Source of the DNA: Candidatus Nanopelagicales bacterium
GTDB lineage: Bacteria; Actinomycetota; Actinomycetes; S36-B12
Length of the DNA stretch: 37,750 bases
Assembly (NCBI GenBank): GCA_021741845.1
Contig: JAIOWY010000001.1
Coordinates: 1 to 37,750 of the forward strand
Direction: 5' to 3'
Shown here: one piece after another, positions 1 through 7,976 of the stretch
How the letters are laid out: each line of letters opens with the position of its first letter
Numbering within the stretch: the stretch's first letter is position 1
Position numbers and translations under genes: made by a program
The notes under the pieces: model-generated
Told to the model about the DNA's origin: nothing
Databases searched by the model: none
What the model saw: only the letters and a program-made list of their open reading frames with translations

Positions 1-164
1 TTAGCAACCGACTTCTTCACTGGAGACTTCTTGGCGGCAGGCTTCTTCGCTGGAGCCTTCTTAGCAACCGGCTTCTTCACAGCAGCTTTCTTGACTGCAG
101 CCTTCTTCGCGGCAGGCTTCTTCGCTGGAGCCTTCTTCGCCGTTGCTTTTTTTGTACCTGCCAT
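1..164 (-). CDS. Lys/Ala-rich basic repeat protein (histone H1-like AKKP/AKKA repeats), N-terminal 54 codons; the gene runs off the window edge
   Basis: Reverse-strand ATG at 164-162 opens MAGTKKATAKKAPAKKPAAKKAAVKKAAVKKPVAKKAPAKKPAAKKSPVKKSVA.. with no stop before position 1. It is absent from the ORF track because it is open-ended. DNA-level repeats are visible (1-20 vs 61-80; 33-62 vs 109-138). The family cannot be assigned from this fragment. Confidence 0.5.
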   Translation of the reverse strand, partial: MAGTKKATAKKAPAKKPAAKKAAVKKAAVKKPVAKKAPAKKPAAKKSPVKKSVA

Positions 165-347
165 GGTGTGGTGCCCCCTTGGGAGAATGCTGTTTATCGG
201 GCTAGTGAAGCGGTGTTGCTTGTGAATATGTGAAAATGCGCCTCTCAGCGCACGTGCGAATGCTATTGCCCAGCCGGTAAAGTTGTGAAGTGCCCTCCGG
301 GTTACGGCGTTCCAGAACGATTCCACCCTTGCGACGAAAGTGACTGC

Positions 348-3300
348 ATGTATAAATCTGTGCCTCCTGCGGTGAACCTCACCGAGTTGGAACATGAAGT
401 CCTCGCGTTCTGGGACCACGAGGGCACATTTGCCCAATCACTACAACGCAGCGAAGGGCGCCCCCGATGGACCTTCTATGAGGGTCCGCCCACGGCGAAT
501 GGAACCCCGGGTGCTCACCACCTGGAAGCCAGAGCGTTTAAGGACATATTCCCCCGCTACCGAACCATGAAGGGCTACCACGTCCCGCGTCAAGCAGGCT
601 GGGATTGCCACGGGCTGCCCGTGGAATTAGCCGTGGAAAAGGAATTGGGGTTCACCGGCAAAGGTGACATCGAGGAATTCGGTGTTGCCGAATTCAACGC
701 GAAGTGTCGTGAGTCGGTTCTGCGCCATGTCGACGAGTTCACCGCCATGACCCACCGAATGGGGTACTGGGTCGACATGGATAGCGCGTACTGGACCATG
801 GATCCGCAATATGTCCAGTCCGTTTGGTGGTCCCTCAAGCAGATTTTCCGTTCGGGTTTATTGGTTCAAGATCACCGAGTGTCCCCGTATTGCCCTCGAT
901 GCGGAACCGGTCTGAGCGACCACGAGTTGGCACAGGGCTACGAAGAGGTAGTGGACCCCTCTGTCTATGTTCGTTTCCCGGTCACGAGCGGCACACTGGC
1001 GGAAAAGTATGCGGACCTCAACCTGCTTATTTGGACGACAACTCCGTGGACGCTCGTTTCCAACACCGCGGTGGCAGTTAAACCCTCAGCCCAGTACTGC
1101 GTGGTGAGTTTTGAGGGTTCGCACTATGTCGTTGCCCAGGAATTGGTGGAGCAGGTCTTTGGACCGTCAACCGATCCAGATGGCTCCCCCAGGTATACCG
1201 TCGAAGAAAGTTTCCCGGGAACTGAACTTGAGCGGATCCACTATCAACGACCATTCAATCTTGTCGAGATTCCCGATGCTCACTTTGTGCTCTTGGCTGA
1301 CTACGTCACAACAGACGATGGCACGGGTCTGGTACATCAAGCCCCAGCTTTTGGAGCCGACGACCTGATCACCTGTCGGGCATACGGGCTGCCCGTTGTG
1401 AACCCCATTGCACCCAATGGAACCTTCGATGACTCTGTTCCCCTCGTCGGTGGTGAATTCTTCAAAAGTGCTGACACAACGCTGACCGAGGACCTCTCCG
1501 CACGTGGATTGTTGTTCCGGATGGAAAACTACGAGCACGCTTATCCACATTGCTGGCGTTGTCACACGCCGTTGATCTATTACGCGCAACCCTCCTGGTA
1601 CATCCGAACAACGGCTATCAAAGACCAACTGATGGCTCAAAATGAGCAGACGAATTGGTTCCCAGAGACGATTCAATGGGGTCGATATGGTGACTGGCTG
1701 ACCAACAACGTGGACTGGGCGCTCTCGCGAAACCGATTCTGGGGAACCCCCCTTCCAATTTGGCGCTGCGAGAACAATCACCTCACCGCTATTGAGTCAC
1801 TGGCCGAGTTGAGTGAGCTGACCGGGCGGGATCTCTCCGACCTCGACCCGCATCGACCATTCATTGATGCCGTGACCTTCCCGTGCGGCGAATGCGGTGA
1901 AATCGCAACTCGTGTGCCCGAAGTAATTGACTGTTGGTACGACTCAGGCGCCATGCCCTTTGCTGCCCAGCACTACCCACAGTCCCCCGTCGATACTTTC
2001 ACCGACCAGTACCCCGCGGACTTTATCTGCGAAGCCATTGATCAAACACGTGGCTGGTTTTACACATTGATGGCCATTGGAACCCTGGTGTTCCAGGAGT
2101 CTTCTTATAAAAATGTTGTGTGCTTGGGACATATCCTTGATGAAGACGGTCGCAAGATGAGCAAGCATCTGGGGAACGTGCTCGAGCCCATCCCTCTGAT
2201 GGATCAGCATGGGGCCGATGCTGTCCGCTGGTTCATGCTCGCCAGCGGCTCTCCGTGGCAATCTCGCCGGGTAGGTCACAATGCCATTGCCGACGTCGTG
2301 CGGAAATCACTTTTAACTTACTGGAACACGGTGTCCTTTTTGGCGCTGTACGCCCGCAGTGCACCATGGCAGCCCAGCGACGGGGCGCCACCTTTGGAAG
2401 AACGCCCGATCATGGACAGGTGGCTTATCAACGAAGCCCACGCATTGTCTTCGGAGGTCGACCATGCTCTGGAGACATTTGACACACAAAAAGGTGGCCG
2501 CCTGATCGCGGAGTTCATCGACAATCTGTCGAATTGGTACGTCCGACGCACCCGCCGTCGATTCTGGGAAGGTGACCCGGCTGCACTGGCCACGCTGCAT
2601 GAAGCCGTTCACGTCGTCACCCTGTGCATGGCTCCCTTCACACCATTTATTACCGAACGCGTGTGGCAGGACCTTTTCCGCTCCACCGATACTTCCGCTC
2701 CGGAATCAGTTCACTTGGCGTCTTGGCCTGCACCTGCACCCGTTGACAACACATTGCGGCAACACATGGATCTCGCTCGACGGATAACCGAACTAGGACG
2801 ATCAGCACGTGCTGCCAGCTCGGTCAAGACCCGCCAACCGCTGGGGCGAGCACTCATTAGTGCACCCGGGTGGGATGAACTGGATGCCACGTTGATCGAC
2901 GAGGTTGCCCAAGAACTCAATGTGCGTGAATTGCTGACTCTGTCCACCACCGATGGACATTTGGTGGATATCAGCATCAAGCCGAATTTCCGAGCGCTGG
3001 GTCAGAGATATGGAAAACAGACACCACTGATTGCAGAATTCCTCGCCACCCAAGACCCCGAGTTACTTGTTGGTGCACTGCGGGGCCAAGGTTCTGTCAC
3101 CCTGGACGTCCCTGGCTTCGAAACAGCACCCGTCATCACCGCTGACGACCTCGTGATCACCGAATCACCCAAGGAGGGATGGGCCGTGGCCTCCGAGGCC
3201 GGGGAGAGTGTCGCCCTGGATCTAGAAGTCACACATGAACTCGCGCTTGCCGGAATCGCCCGGGAACTGATCCGCAGTATCCAAGAAGGACGCAAGAACG

Positions 3301-3506
3301 CCGGTTTGGATATTTCGGATCGAATCCACCTGTGGTGGAACTCCAGCGACTCCGATGTGATCGAAACATGGGAGACCCACGGAGACGACATTGCCGCCGA
3401 AGTATTGGCGCGGGAAGTATCCCGAGAGCAGGTTCCGGGGACGGCAACAGCAATCTCGAGCGAGTTAAGCGTTAATTTGGGTCTCCAAGCACTTCCTGCT
3501 TTATAG
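348..3506 (+). CDS. ileS: Isoleucine--tRNA ligase
   Basis: Class I aaRS signatures are present: PPTANGTPGAHH (HIGH-type) and GRKMSKHLGN (KMSKS), plus Cys pairs CPRCG and CWRCHTP. The start is moved from GTG 285 to ATG 348 (MYKSVPPAVNLTELEHEVLAFW) because residues 1-21 of the track ORF are Cys/Pro-rich and unlike IleS N-termini. Confidence 0.95.
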   Translation: MYKSVPPAVNLTELEHEVLAFWDHEGTFAQSLQRSEGRPRWTFYEGPPTANGTPGAHHLEARAFKDIFPRYRTMKGYHVPRQAGWDCHGLPVELAVEKELGFTGKGDIEEFGVAEFNAKCRESVLRHVDEFTAMTHRMGYWVDMDSAYWTMDPQYVQSVWWSLKQIFRSGLLVQDHRVSPYCPRCGTGLSDHELAQGYEEVVDPSVYVRFPVTSGTLAEKYADLNLLIWTTTPWTLVSNTAVAVKPSAQYCVVSFEGSHYVVAQELVEQVFGPSTDPDGSPRYTVEESFPGTELERIHYQRPFNLVEIPDAHFVLLADYVTTDDGTGLVHQAPAFGADDLITCRAYGLPVVNPIAPNGTFDDSVPLVGGEFFKSADTTLTEDLSARGLLFRMENYEHAYPHCWRCHTPLIYYAQPSWYIRTTAIKDQLMAQNEQTNWFPETIQWGRYGDWLTNNVDWALSRNRFWGTPLPIWRCENNHLTAIESLAELSELTGRDLSDLDPHRPFIDAVTFPCGECGEIATRVPEVIDCWYDSGAMPFAAQHYPQSPVDTFTDQYPADFICEAIDQTRGWFYTLMAIGTLVFQESSYKNVVCLGHILDEDGRKMSKHLGNVLEPIPLMDQHGADAVRWFMLASGSPWQSRRVGHNAIADVVRKSLLTYWNTVSFLALYARSAPWQPSDGAPPLEERPIMDRWLINEAHALSSEVDHALETFDTQKGGRLIAEFIDNLSNWYVRRTRRRFWEGDPAALATLHEAVHVVTLCMAPFTPFITERVWQDLFRSTDTSAPESVHLASWPAPAPVDNTLRQHMDLARRITELGRSARAASSVKTRQPLGRALISAPGWDELDATLIDEVAQELNVRELLTLSTTDGHLVDISIKPNFRALGQRYGKQTPLIAEFLATQDPELLVGALRGQGSVTLDVPGFETAPVITADDLVITESPKEGWAVASEAGESVALDLEVTHELALAGIARELIRSIQEGRKNAGLDISDRIHLWWNSSDSDVIETWETHGDDIAAEVLAREVSREQVPGTATAISSELSVNLGLQALPAL

Positions 3507-3785
3507 GCTCCGGAGGATCCCCATCAAGATCTGTATCCCAATCAGCAGGATCAAAAATCCCAGATCCAGCGACACTTGGCCGAGTCGGATGGGTGGCACC
3601 ACGCGTCGAATCAACCGCAATGGAGGTTCGGTGACCGTGTAAATACCTTCAACAATGATCAGGATAAAACCGTGGGGCCGCCAATCGCGGGCAAATATTT
3701 GCACAAAGTCAAAAACCAATCGACCAATCAAAATGATCAAGTAAATCGACAAAAGCGTGGCAATAATGTTGCCAACTTCACTCAC
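3501..3785 (-). CDS. yggT: YggT-family integral membrane protein (dcw-distal)
   Basis: The 94-aa product has two hydrophobic segments and the YggT-like core TEPPLRLIRRVVPPIRLGQVSLDL. It sits at the conserved position after sepF. Confidence 0.85.
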   Translation of the reverse strand: MSEVGNIIATLLSIYLIILIGRLVFDFVQIFARDWRPHGFILIIVEGIYTVTEPPLRLIRRVVPPIRLGQVSLDLGFLILLIGIQILMGILRSL

Positions 3786-3839
3786 GCGACCACCTTCAAT
3801 TGCACCAATGCGGGGACTTCCAACCTCATTATTGCGCGA

Positions 3840-4394
3840 TTAGCTTTGATTGAAAAATCCATCCTGTGCCAATTGCTGCCGCGCCTGGTCACCGACATCA
3901 ACGTTTACGGGCGATAGAAGGAAGACCTTATTGGTGATTCGCTCAATGCTGCCGCGACAACCGAATACCAATCCAGCGGCAAAATCAATTATTCGCTTGG
4001 CGTCATTGTCGTCAAGGTCACCTAAGTTCATGATCACGGGGATGCCATCACGGTATTCCTCACCGATACGACGAGCGTCGTTGTAGGAACGAGGATGGAT
4101 CGTTTCAATTTTGGCAAAATCGAGTTGGCGAGGCGGAGGTGCATATTCTGCGGCTCTGGTGCGACTGGGAAGTTCTTCATCTCGCCGAATTGTCCGCACC
4201 CCGCGTGACTCAGGTAGAGGGCGCACAGATCTGCTCGCCACGACCTCTTCTTCATAGGCGTAGTCGTCAGAGAACCCTCGGCGAGATCTCCCGGAGGACC
4301 GCGTCTCACGCGGTTCCGCGGTGTAATCGTCGTTATAGGAATCGTCCTCAACGAGGCCGAGATAAACAGCCATTCTGCGCACTGCGCCAGCCAT
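3840..4394 (-). CDS. sepF: Cell division protein SepF
   Basis: N-terminal MAVYLGLVEDD membrane-targeting helix, a disordered linker, and the C-terminal SepF core IHPRSYNDARRIGEEYRDGIPVIMNL..AKRIIDFAAGLVFG. SD GAGGGAGGA lies upstream. Confidence 0.9.
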   Translation of the reverse strand: MAGAVRRMAVYLGLVEDDSYNDDYTAEPRETRSSGRSRRGFSDDYAYEEEVVASRSVRPLPESRGVRTIRRDEELPSRTRAAEYAPPPRQLDFAKIETIHPRSYNDARRIGEEYRDGIPVIMNLGDLDDNDAKRIIDFAAGLVFGCRGSIERITNKVFLLSPVNVDVGDQARQQLAQDGFFNQS

Positions 4395-4529
4395 GACCTG
4401 TCCTCCCTCGTACAGCGTGCGGTGTCAACCTGATGTTTTCACCAACTTTGGCATCCAGTTAGCGCGCCTCACGCTAGCCATGACAGTGTCATATGCCTCA
4501 CGAGGCGCACTCGGATCTACGGGGAAACG

Positions 4530-5243
4530 TTACTGCACCGGGGGGCGGTCCCCGAGGATCGCGCTCCCCAGTCGCACGTGTGTCGCCCCATATTTGATGG
4601 CAGCCTCGAGGTCGGCGCTCATTCCAGCCGAGATATCACGGGCGAACGGAAACTGTTCTTGGAGTTGCGCTGACAACTGCTGGACCTGGCTAAAAGCATG
4701 CTCAGGATCAACCCCGGTGGATGGGTGGGGCGCAACGGCCATCAGCCCCCGCAACCGTAAATGCGGTGCCTCGGCGATCCGCCGAGCTAGGGGCATCATT
4801 TTCTGCGGATGAATACCACCGCGACCAGCTGGAGCAAATGGGTCAACATTTACCTGAATAAATATGTCCAGGTCCTTATCGATGGACGCAGCTGACCGCT
4901 CGATCGGATCAACCAATTCCTCGCGGTCACATGTATGAATAACGTCTGCCCAGCGCACAATGGAATTGATTTTGTTGCGCTGAATTTGTCCGATCATGTG
5001 CCACGTGAAGTCCTGGGCCAACTCCACTGATTTTGTCCTCGCTTCTTGATCCCGGTTCTCCCCCAAGTCACGGACTCCGAGTTCACTAAGAATCACCAGA
5101 TCCGATACGGGGTGCGTCTTGGTCACCACGATCAGGGTGACACCCTCACGACCAAAATCCGAACAGGCGGCGTCAATACGTTCATGCGCTTGACGCAAAT
5201 TGGCAGAAATGTCCTCCACTCGCAAGCGTTGAAATGCATTCAC
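4530..5243 (-). CDS. yggS: YggS-family pyridoxal-phosphate homeostasis protein
   Basis: 237-aa product with LIVVTKTHP (PLP lysine) and a C-terminal HVRLGSAILG motif. Canonical position between pgeF and sepF. Confidence 0.9.
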   Translation of the reverse strand: MNAFQRLRVEDISANLRQAHERIDAACSDFGREGVTLIVVTKTHPVSDLVILSELGVRDLGENRDQEARTKSVELAQDFTWHMIGQIQRNKINSIVRWADVIHTCDREELVDPIERSAASIDKDLDIFIQVNVDPFAPAGRGGIHPQKMMPLARRIAEAPHLRLRGLMAVAPHPSTGVDPEHAFSQVQQLSAQLQEQFPFARDISAGMSADLEAAIKYGATHVRLGSAILGDRPPVQ

Positions 5244-5247
5244 AGCG

Positions 5248-6024
5248 TCATTCTCTCGCGTCCCCCGAGTGAGGTCGCATGGCCACTACGAGACCTTGCC
5301 GACCCGTGATCGAGTTCCGCCGATAGGAGAAGAGTTGGTCCGTGTTCTCGTAAGTACACCCGCCCATGGACTGAAACGGGATCCCCAGCTCAGCCAATTG
5401 CACCTCTAGTCCGCGCCGAACGTCAATGCCTCCGGAATGGTGTAACGCCGCGGATGCGATCGACGGGGTGCAGAGATCTCGAACGGCCTCTCCTCGATCA
5501 GATGGAACCTGATAACACCGTCCGCAAATGGCTGGCCCCAGGACACACTCCACGTGTGTGGCACCCCAGCCCTGCACCGCCTGCACCGTCTCGCCGAGCA
5601 CATCAGCACACAGACCTTTCCATCCGCAGTGCACCGCAGCAATGATCCCCGGCACGCCTGGCCCGGACCCGTAGATCCCCACGGTTGCACAATCGGCACC
5701 TAGGGCCAGGAGGGCAATCTCGGATTTTCGGGTGATCAAAGAATCCACCGATGCCGAGACGCCAGGGGACTCCACCGTGGCGATCGCGGCACCATGGACA
5801 GGAGCCATGATCGCTAGGTTCGTTCCGGTGAGCCCGACCAGCCGGGCAACTCGATCCCTGTTGTGAGCCACGTGCACAGGGGCGTCCCCCACGTGATCGG
5901 CCAGGTTTGCACTGGTGAATTCGCCGGTACTGACGCCACCTAAACGACCAGTGACCGCCCAGTCTGCTGAGCGGTCACCAGGTGCCACAGGCGTAAACAC
6001 GCCTCTGGCAAGGGGAAGAGTCAT
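5248..6024 (-). CDS. pgeF: Peptidoglycan editing factor PgeF / YfiH (polyphenol-oxidase-like) family protein
   Basis: Motifs ADCATVG, AAVHCGWKGL and GPAICGRCYQV. It lies directly downstream of ftsZ, as in other Actinomycetota. Confidence 0.85.
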   Translation of the reverse strand: MTLPLARGVFTPVAPGDRSADWAVTGRLGGVSTGEFTSANLADHVGDAPVHVAHNRDRVARLVGLTGTNLAIMAPVHGAAIATVESPGVSASVDSLITRKSEIALLALGADCATVGIYGSGPGVPGIIAAVHCGWKGLCADVLGETVQAVQGWGATHVECVLGPAICGRCYQVPSDRGEAVRDLCTPSIASAALHHSGGIDVRRGLEVQLAELGIPFQSMGGCTYENTDQLFSYRRNSITGRQGLVVAMRPHSGDARE

Positions 6025-7118
6025 TACTTCAAGAAGTCGGGGATATCTAGATCGTCCTCGGTCTCCTCAAAAACAATGGTCTTGGGCTGCTGGACGCTGC
6101 GACTGAAGGCGGGGATCTCCCCGGTGCCACTGATGTCCTCAGCTTGGCGACTGACCTTTTTCGCCGGCGGTTCGCCGCCGTCGGATCCGGCGGCGATAAC
6201 GGTCACCCGCACTTCATCGCCCAGGGTGTCGTCAATGACAGCACCAAAGATGATGTTGGCGTCCGGGTGTGCTGCATCGGCAACCAGGCGAGCGGCCTCG
6301 TTGATTTCAAACAGCCCTAGATCGCTACCACCGGAAATAGATAGCAGCACTCCATGCGCACCGTCGATACCTGCTTCCAGCAATGGACTGGAAATCGCCT
6401 TTTCCGCGGCTTGCATGGCTCGGTCTTCACCCCGCGCTGACCCGATGCCCATGAGGGCGGAGCCAGCAGCGTGCATAACACTTTTGACGTCGGCGAAGTC
6501 AAGGTTGATCAACCCAGGAGTGGTGATCAGGTCGGTGATACCACTAACACCTTGGAGCAGCACGTGATCCGCCTGACGGAATGCATCAATAACGGATATC
6601 TCCCGATCCGCCAATGACAGAAGTCGATCATTAGGGATCACAATGAGCGTGTCCACCTCGGCGCGAAGATCTTCCACGCCTTGATCTGCTTGTGCTTGAC
6701 GACGGCGTCCTTCAAACCCAAAGGGACGGGTGACAACACCAATGGTGAGTGCGCCCAGTGATCGAGCGACCTTGGCTACGACCGGAGCTCCACCGGTGCC
6801 CGTTCCGCCACCCTCACCTGCTGTCACGAAAACCATATCCGCGCCGCGCAGGACCTCTTCAATTTCTTCGAGATGATCCTCGGCTGCTTTCTTGCCTACC
6901 TCGGGGTTGGCGCCAGCGCCCAGACCCCGGGTGAGTTCGCGGCCAATATCGAGTTTGACATCGGCATCGGACATGAGCAGAGCCTGAGCGTCCGTATTGA
7001 TCGCAATGAATTCAACGCCCTTCAGCCCGACCTCAATCATGCGGTTGACGGCGTTAACTCCGCCACCACCGATTCCGACAACCTTGATCACTGCTAAGTA
7101 GTTCTGTGGAGCCGCCAC
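6024..7118 (-). CDS. ftsZ: Cell division GTPase FtsZ
   Basis: Tubulin signature [14 protein letters not shown]-terminal [17 protein letters not shown] and the C-terminal peptide [13 protein letters not shown] start at 7118 with SD AAAGGAGAG. Confidence 0.97.
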   Translation of the reverse strand: MAAPQNYLAVIKVVGIGGGGVNAVNRMIEVGLKGVEFIAINTDAQALLMSDADVKLDIGRELTRGLGAGANPEVGKKAAEDHLEEIEEVLRGADMVFVTAGEGGGTGTGGAPVVAKVARSLGALTIGVVTRPFGFEGRRRQAQADQGVEDLRAEVDTLIVIPNDRLLSLADREISVIDAFRQADHVLLQGVSGITDLITTPGLINLDFADVKSVMHAAGSALMGIGSARGEDRAMQAAEKAISSPLLEAGIDGAHGVLLSISGGSDLGLFEINEAARLVADAAHPDANIIFGAVIDDTLGDEVRVTVIAAGSDGGEPPAKKVSRQAEDISGTGEIPAFSRSVQQPKTIVFEETEDDLDIPDFLK

Positions 7119-7230
7119 GGCCGCTCTCCTTTTCGTTCATGCCGATGGAAGGGGCTCCATCGAACGCTTCAGTCATGAACCCTCAACCTCAACAAGAGGC
7201 TGAGCAAATGGTCCGCTCATGGCCGCGCGG

Positions 7231-7260
7231 ACTTTAGACGTAAGGCACCCGGGAGCGCAA
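7231..7260 (-). promoter_or_regulatory. Candidate ftsZ promoter (TTGCGC-18 nt-TAAAGT) preceded by an A8-TT-A8 tract
   Basis: Reverse strand: -35 TTGCGC (7260-7255), 18-nt spacer, -10 TAAAGT (7236-7231). The A/T tract at 7274-7291 lies immediately upstream, like an UP element. Sequence-only prediction. Confidence 0.35.
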
Positions 7261-7393
7261 GGCGGGGCACCCATTTTTTTTAATTTTTTTTCTCGGTCGA
7301 GACTCGAATCCCCCTTTCCCTCACACAGATGGCTAGTTCGTGTGGCCTTTGTCACGCCCGTGGGCACCCCCATCCTCGCGATACAGTGCCGGA

Positions 7394-7969
7394 ATGGACT
7401 CCACGCCCACAACCAAGCCCACAACCTCAAGCCGCCCGGACACCGATTCCACCCGGGCGCAGATGGCGGCTCTCTTTACCGCCCAGCCACCGGGAACCCC
7501 GGGGTGGATTCGGGTGCAGCCCCAGCTCGCCTCCTATTGGCGAACCCAACTAGGCGTGTACTCACTACTGGTGGCCCTCGGGGTAGCCGCACTGTGGTTG
7601 CTCCTGAGCCAGAAAATGAGCGCGAACATTGTGACCATTGCCGGCGCACTTGTGCTGGTGATCCTAGGTGTGGTCGCCGTGTGGATATACCTCATTATCG
7701 GTCGACGGGTGGCCTCGATCGGCTACCGACTAATGGACAATGAATTGCATATCAGCAGCGGAATTCTCTTTCAAAAACTCGTTGTCGTACCTCGATCACG
7801 ATTGCAGTTGGTTGAAGTAACCACGGGACCGATTGAACGAATGTTTGGAATTGCCAGTATCCAATTGCACACTGCATCTGCGTCCACCCAAGCGCGAATT
7901 CCAGGTCTGAATCCTCACAGTGCCGGGGAACTCAAGGAGTCATTGGCTGGCGATAGCGCGGGGCTATAG
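7394..7969 (+). CDS. bPH2 (bacterial pleckstrin-homology) membrane protein, YdbS-like
   Basis: Two TM helices (VYSLLVALGVAALWLLL; IAGALVLVILGVVAVWIYLII) followed by one bPH2 unit YRLMDNELHISSGILFQKLVVVPRSRLQLVEVTTGPIERMFGIASIQLHTAS. ATG 7394 is preferred because TACAGT (7382-7387) sits 6 nt upstream, a leaderless-type arrangement. ATG 7463 is also possible. Confidence 0.72.
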   Translation: MDSTPTTKPTTSSRPDTDSTRAQMAALFTAQPPGTPGWIRVQPQLASYWRTQLGVYSLLVALGVAALWLLLSQKMSANIVTIAGALVLVILGVVAVWIYLIIGRRVASIGYRLMDNELHISSGILFQKLVVVPRSRLQLVEVTTGPIERMFGIASIQLHTASASTQARIPGLNPHSAGELKESLAGDSAGL

Positions 7970-7976
7970 ATCCACC

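Noticed and set aside
31-225. Plus-strand ORF encoding an Ala/Phe/Gly repeat peptide.
   Set aside because: It is the antisense reading of the AKK-repeat gene (1-164, minus strand). Its composition is an artefact of the repeat.
165-347. Possible T-box leader upstream of ileS. Actinobacterial ileS genes are known to carry translational T-boxes.
   Set aside because: I could not find the conserved GGGUGGNACCGCG-type T-box sequence with its UGGN bulge on the sense strand. Only a CCACCC (325-330) and a GGGTTACGGCG (298-308) with partial resemblance are present. It should be settled with cmsearch (Rfam T-box) rather than claimed.
285-347. N-terminal extension of the ileS ORF from GTG 285 (MKCPPGYGVPERFHPCDESDC).
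   Set aside because: The Cys/Pro-rich segment is unlike IleS N-termini. ATG 348 gives the expected MYK..LTELEHEVLAFW start.
1167-3453. Multiple 70-200-aa antisense or alternative-frame ORFs inside ileS. Similar ones occur inside mur genes, ftsI, dnaE2 and helD.
   Set aside because: They are typical shadow ORFs of a GC-biased genome. Each overlaps a gene with strong family signatures and none has a recognisable motif.
7291-7320. A tRNA-like T-loop string (CTCGAATCC).
   Set aside because: The flanking bases do not form a T-stem, and no acceptor or anticodon arms can be drawn on either strand.
7173-7743. ORFs 7173..7430(-), 7219..7743(+) and 7329..7553(+) in and around the ftsZ/ydbS intergenic region.
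   Set aside because: They have Pro/Arg/Gly-rich low-complexity translations and overlap the better-supported bPH2 gene or promoter region. They look like GC-driven spurious frames.
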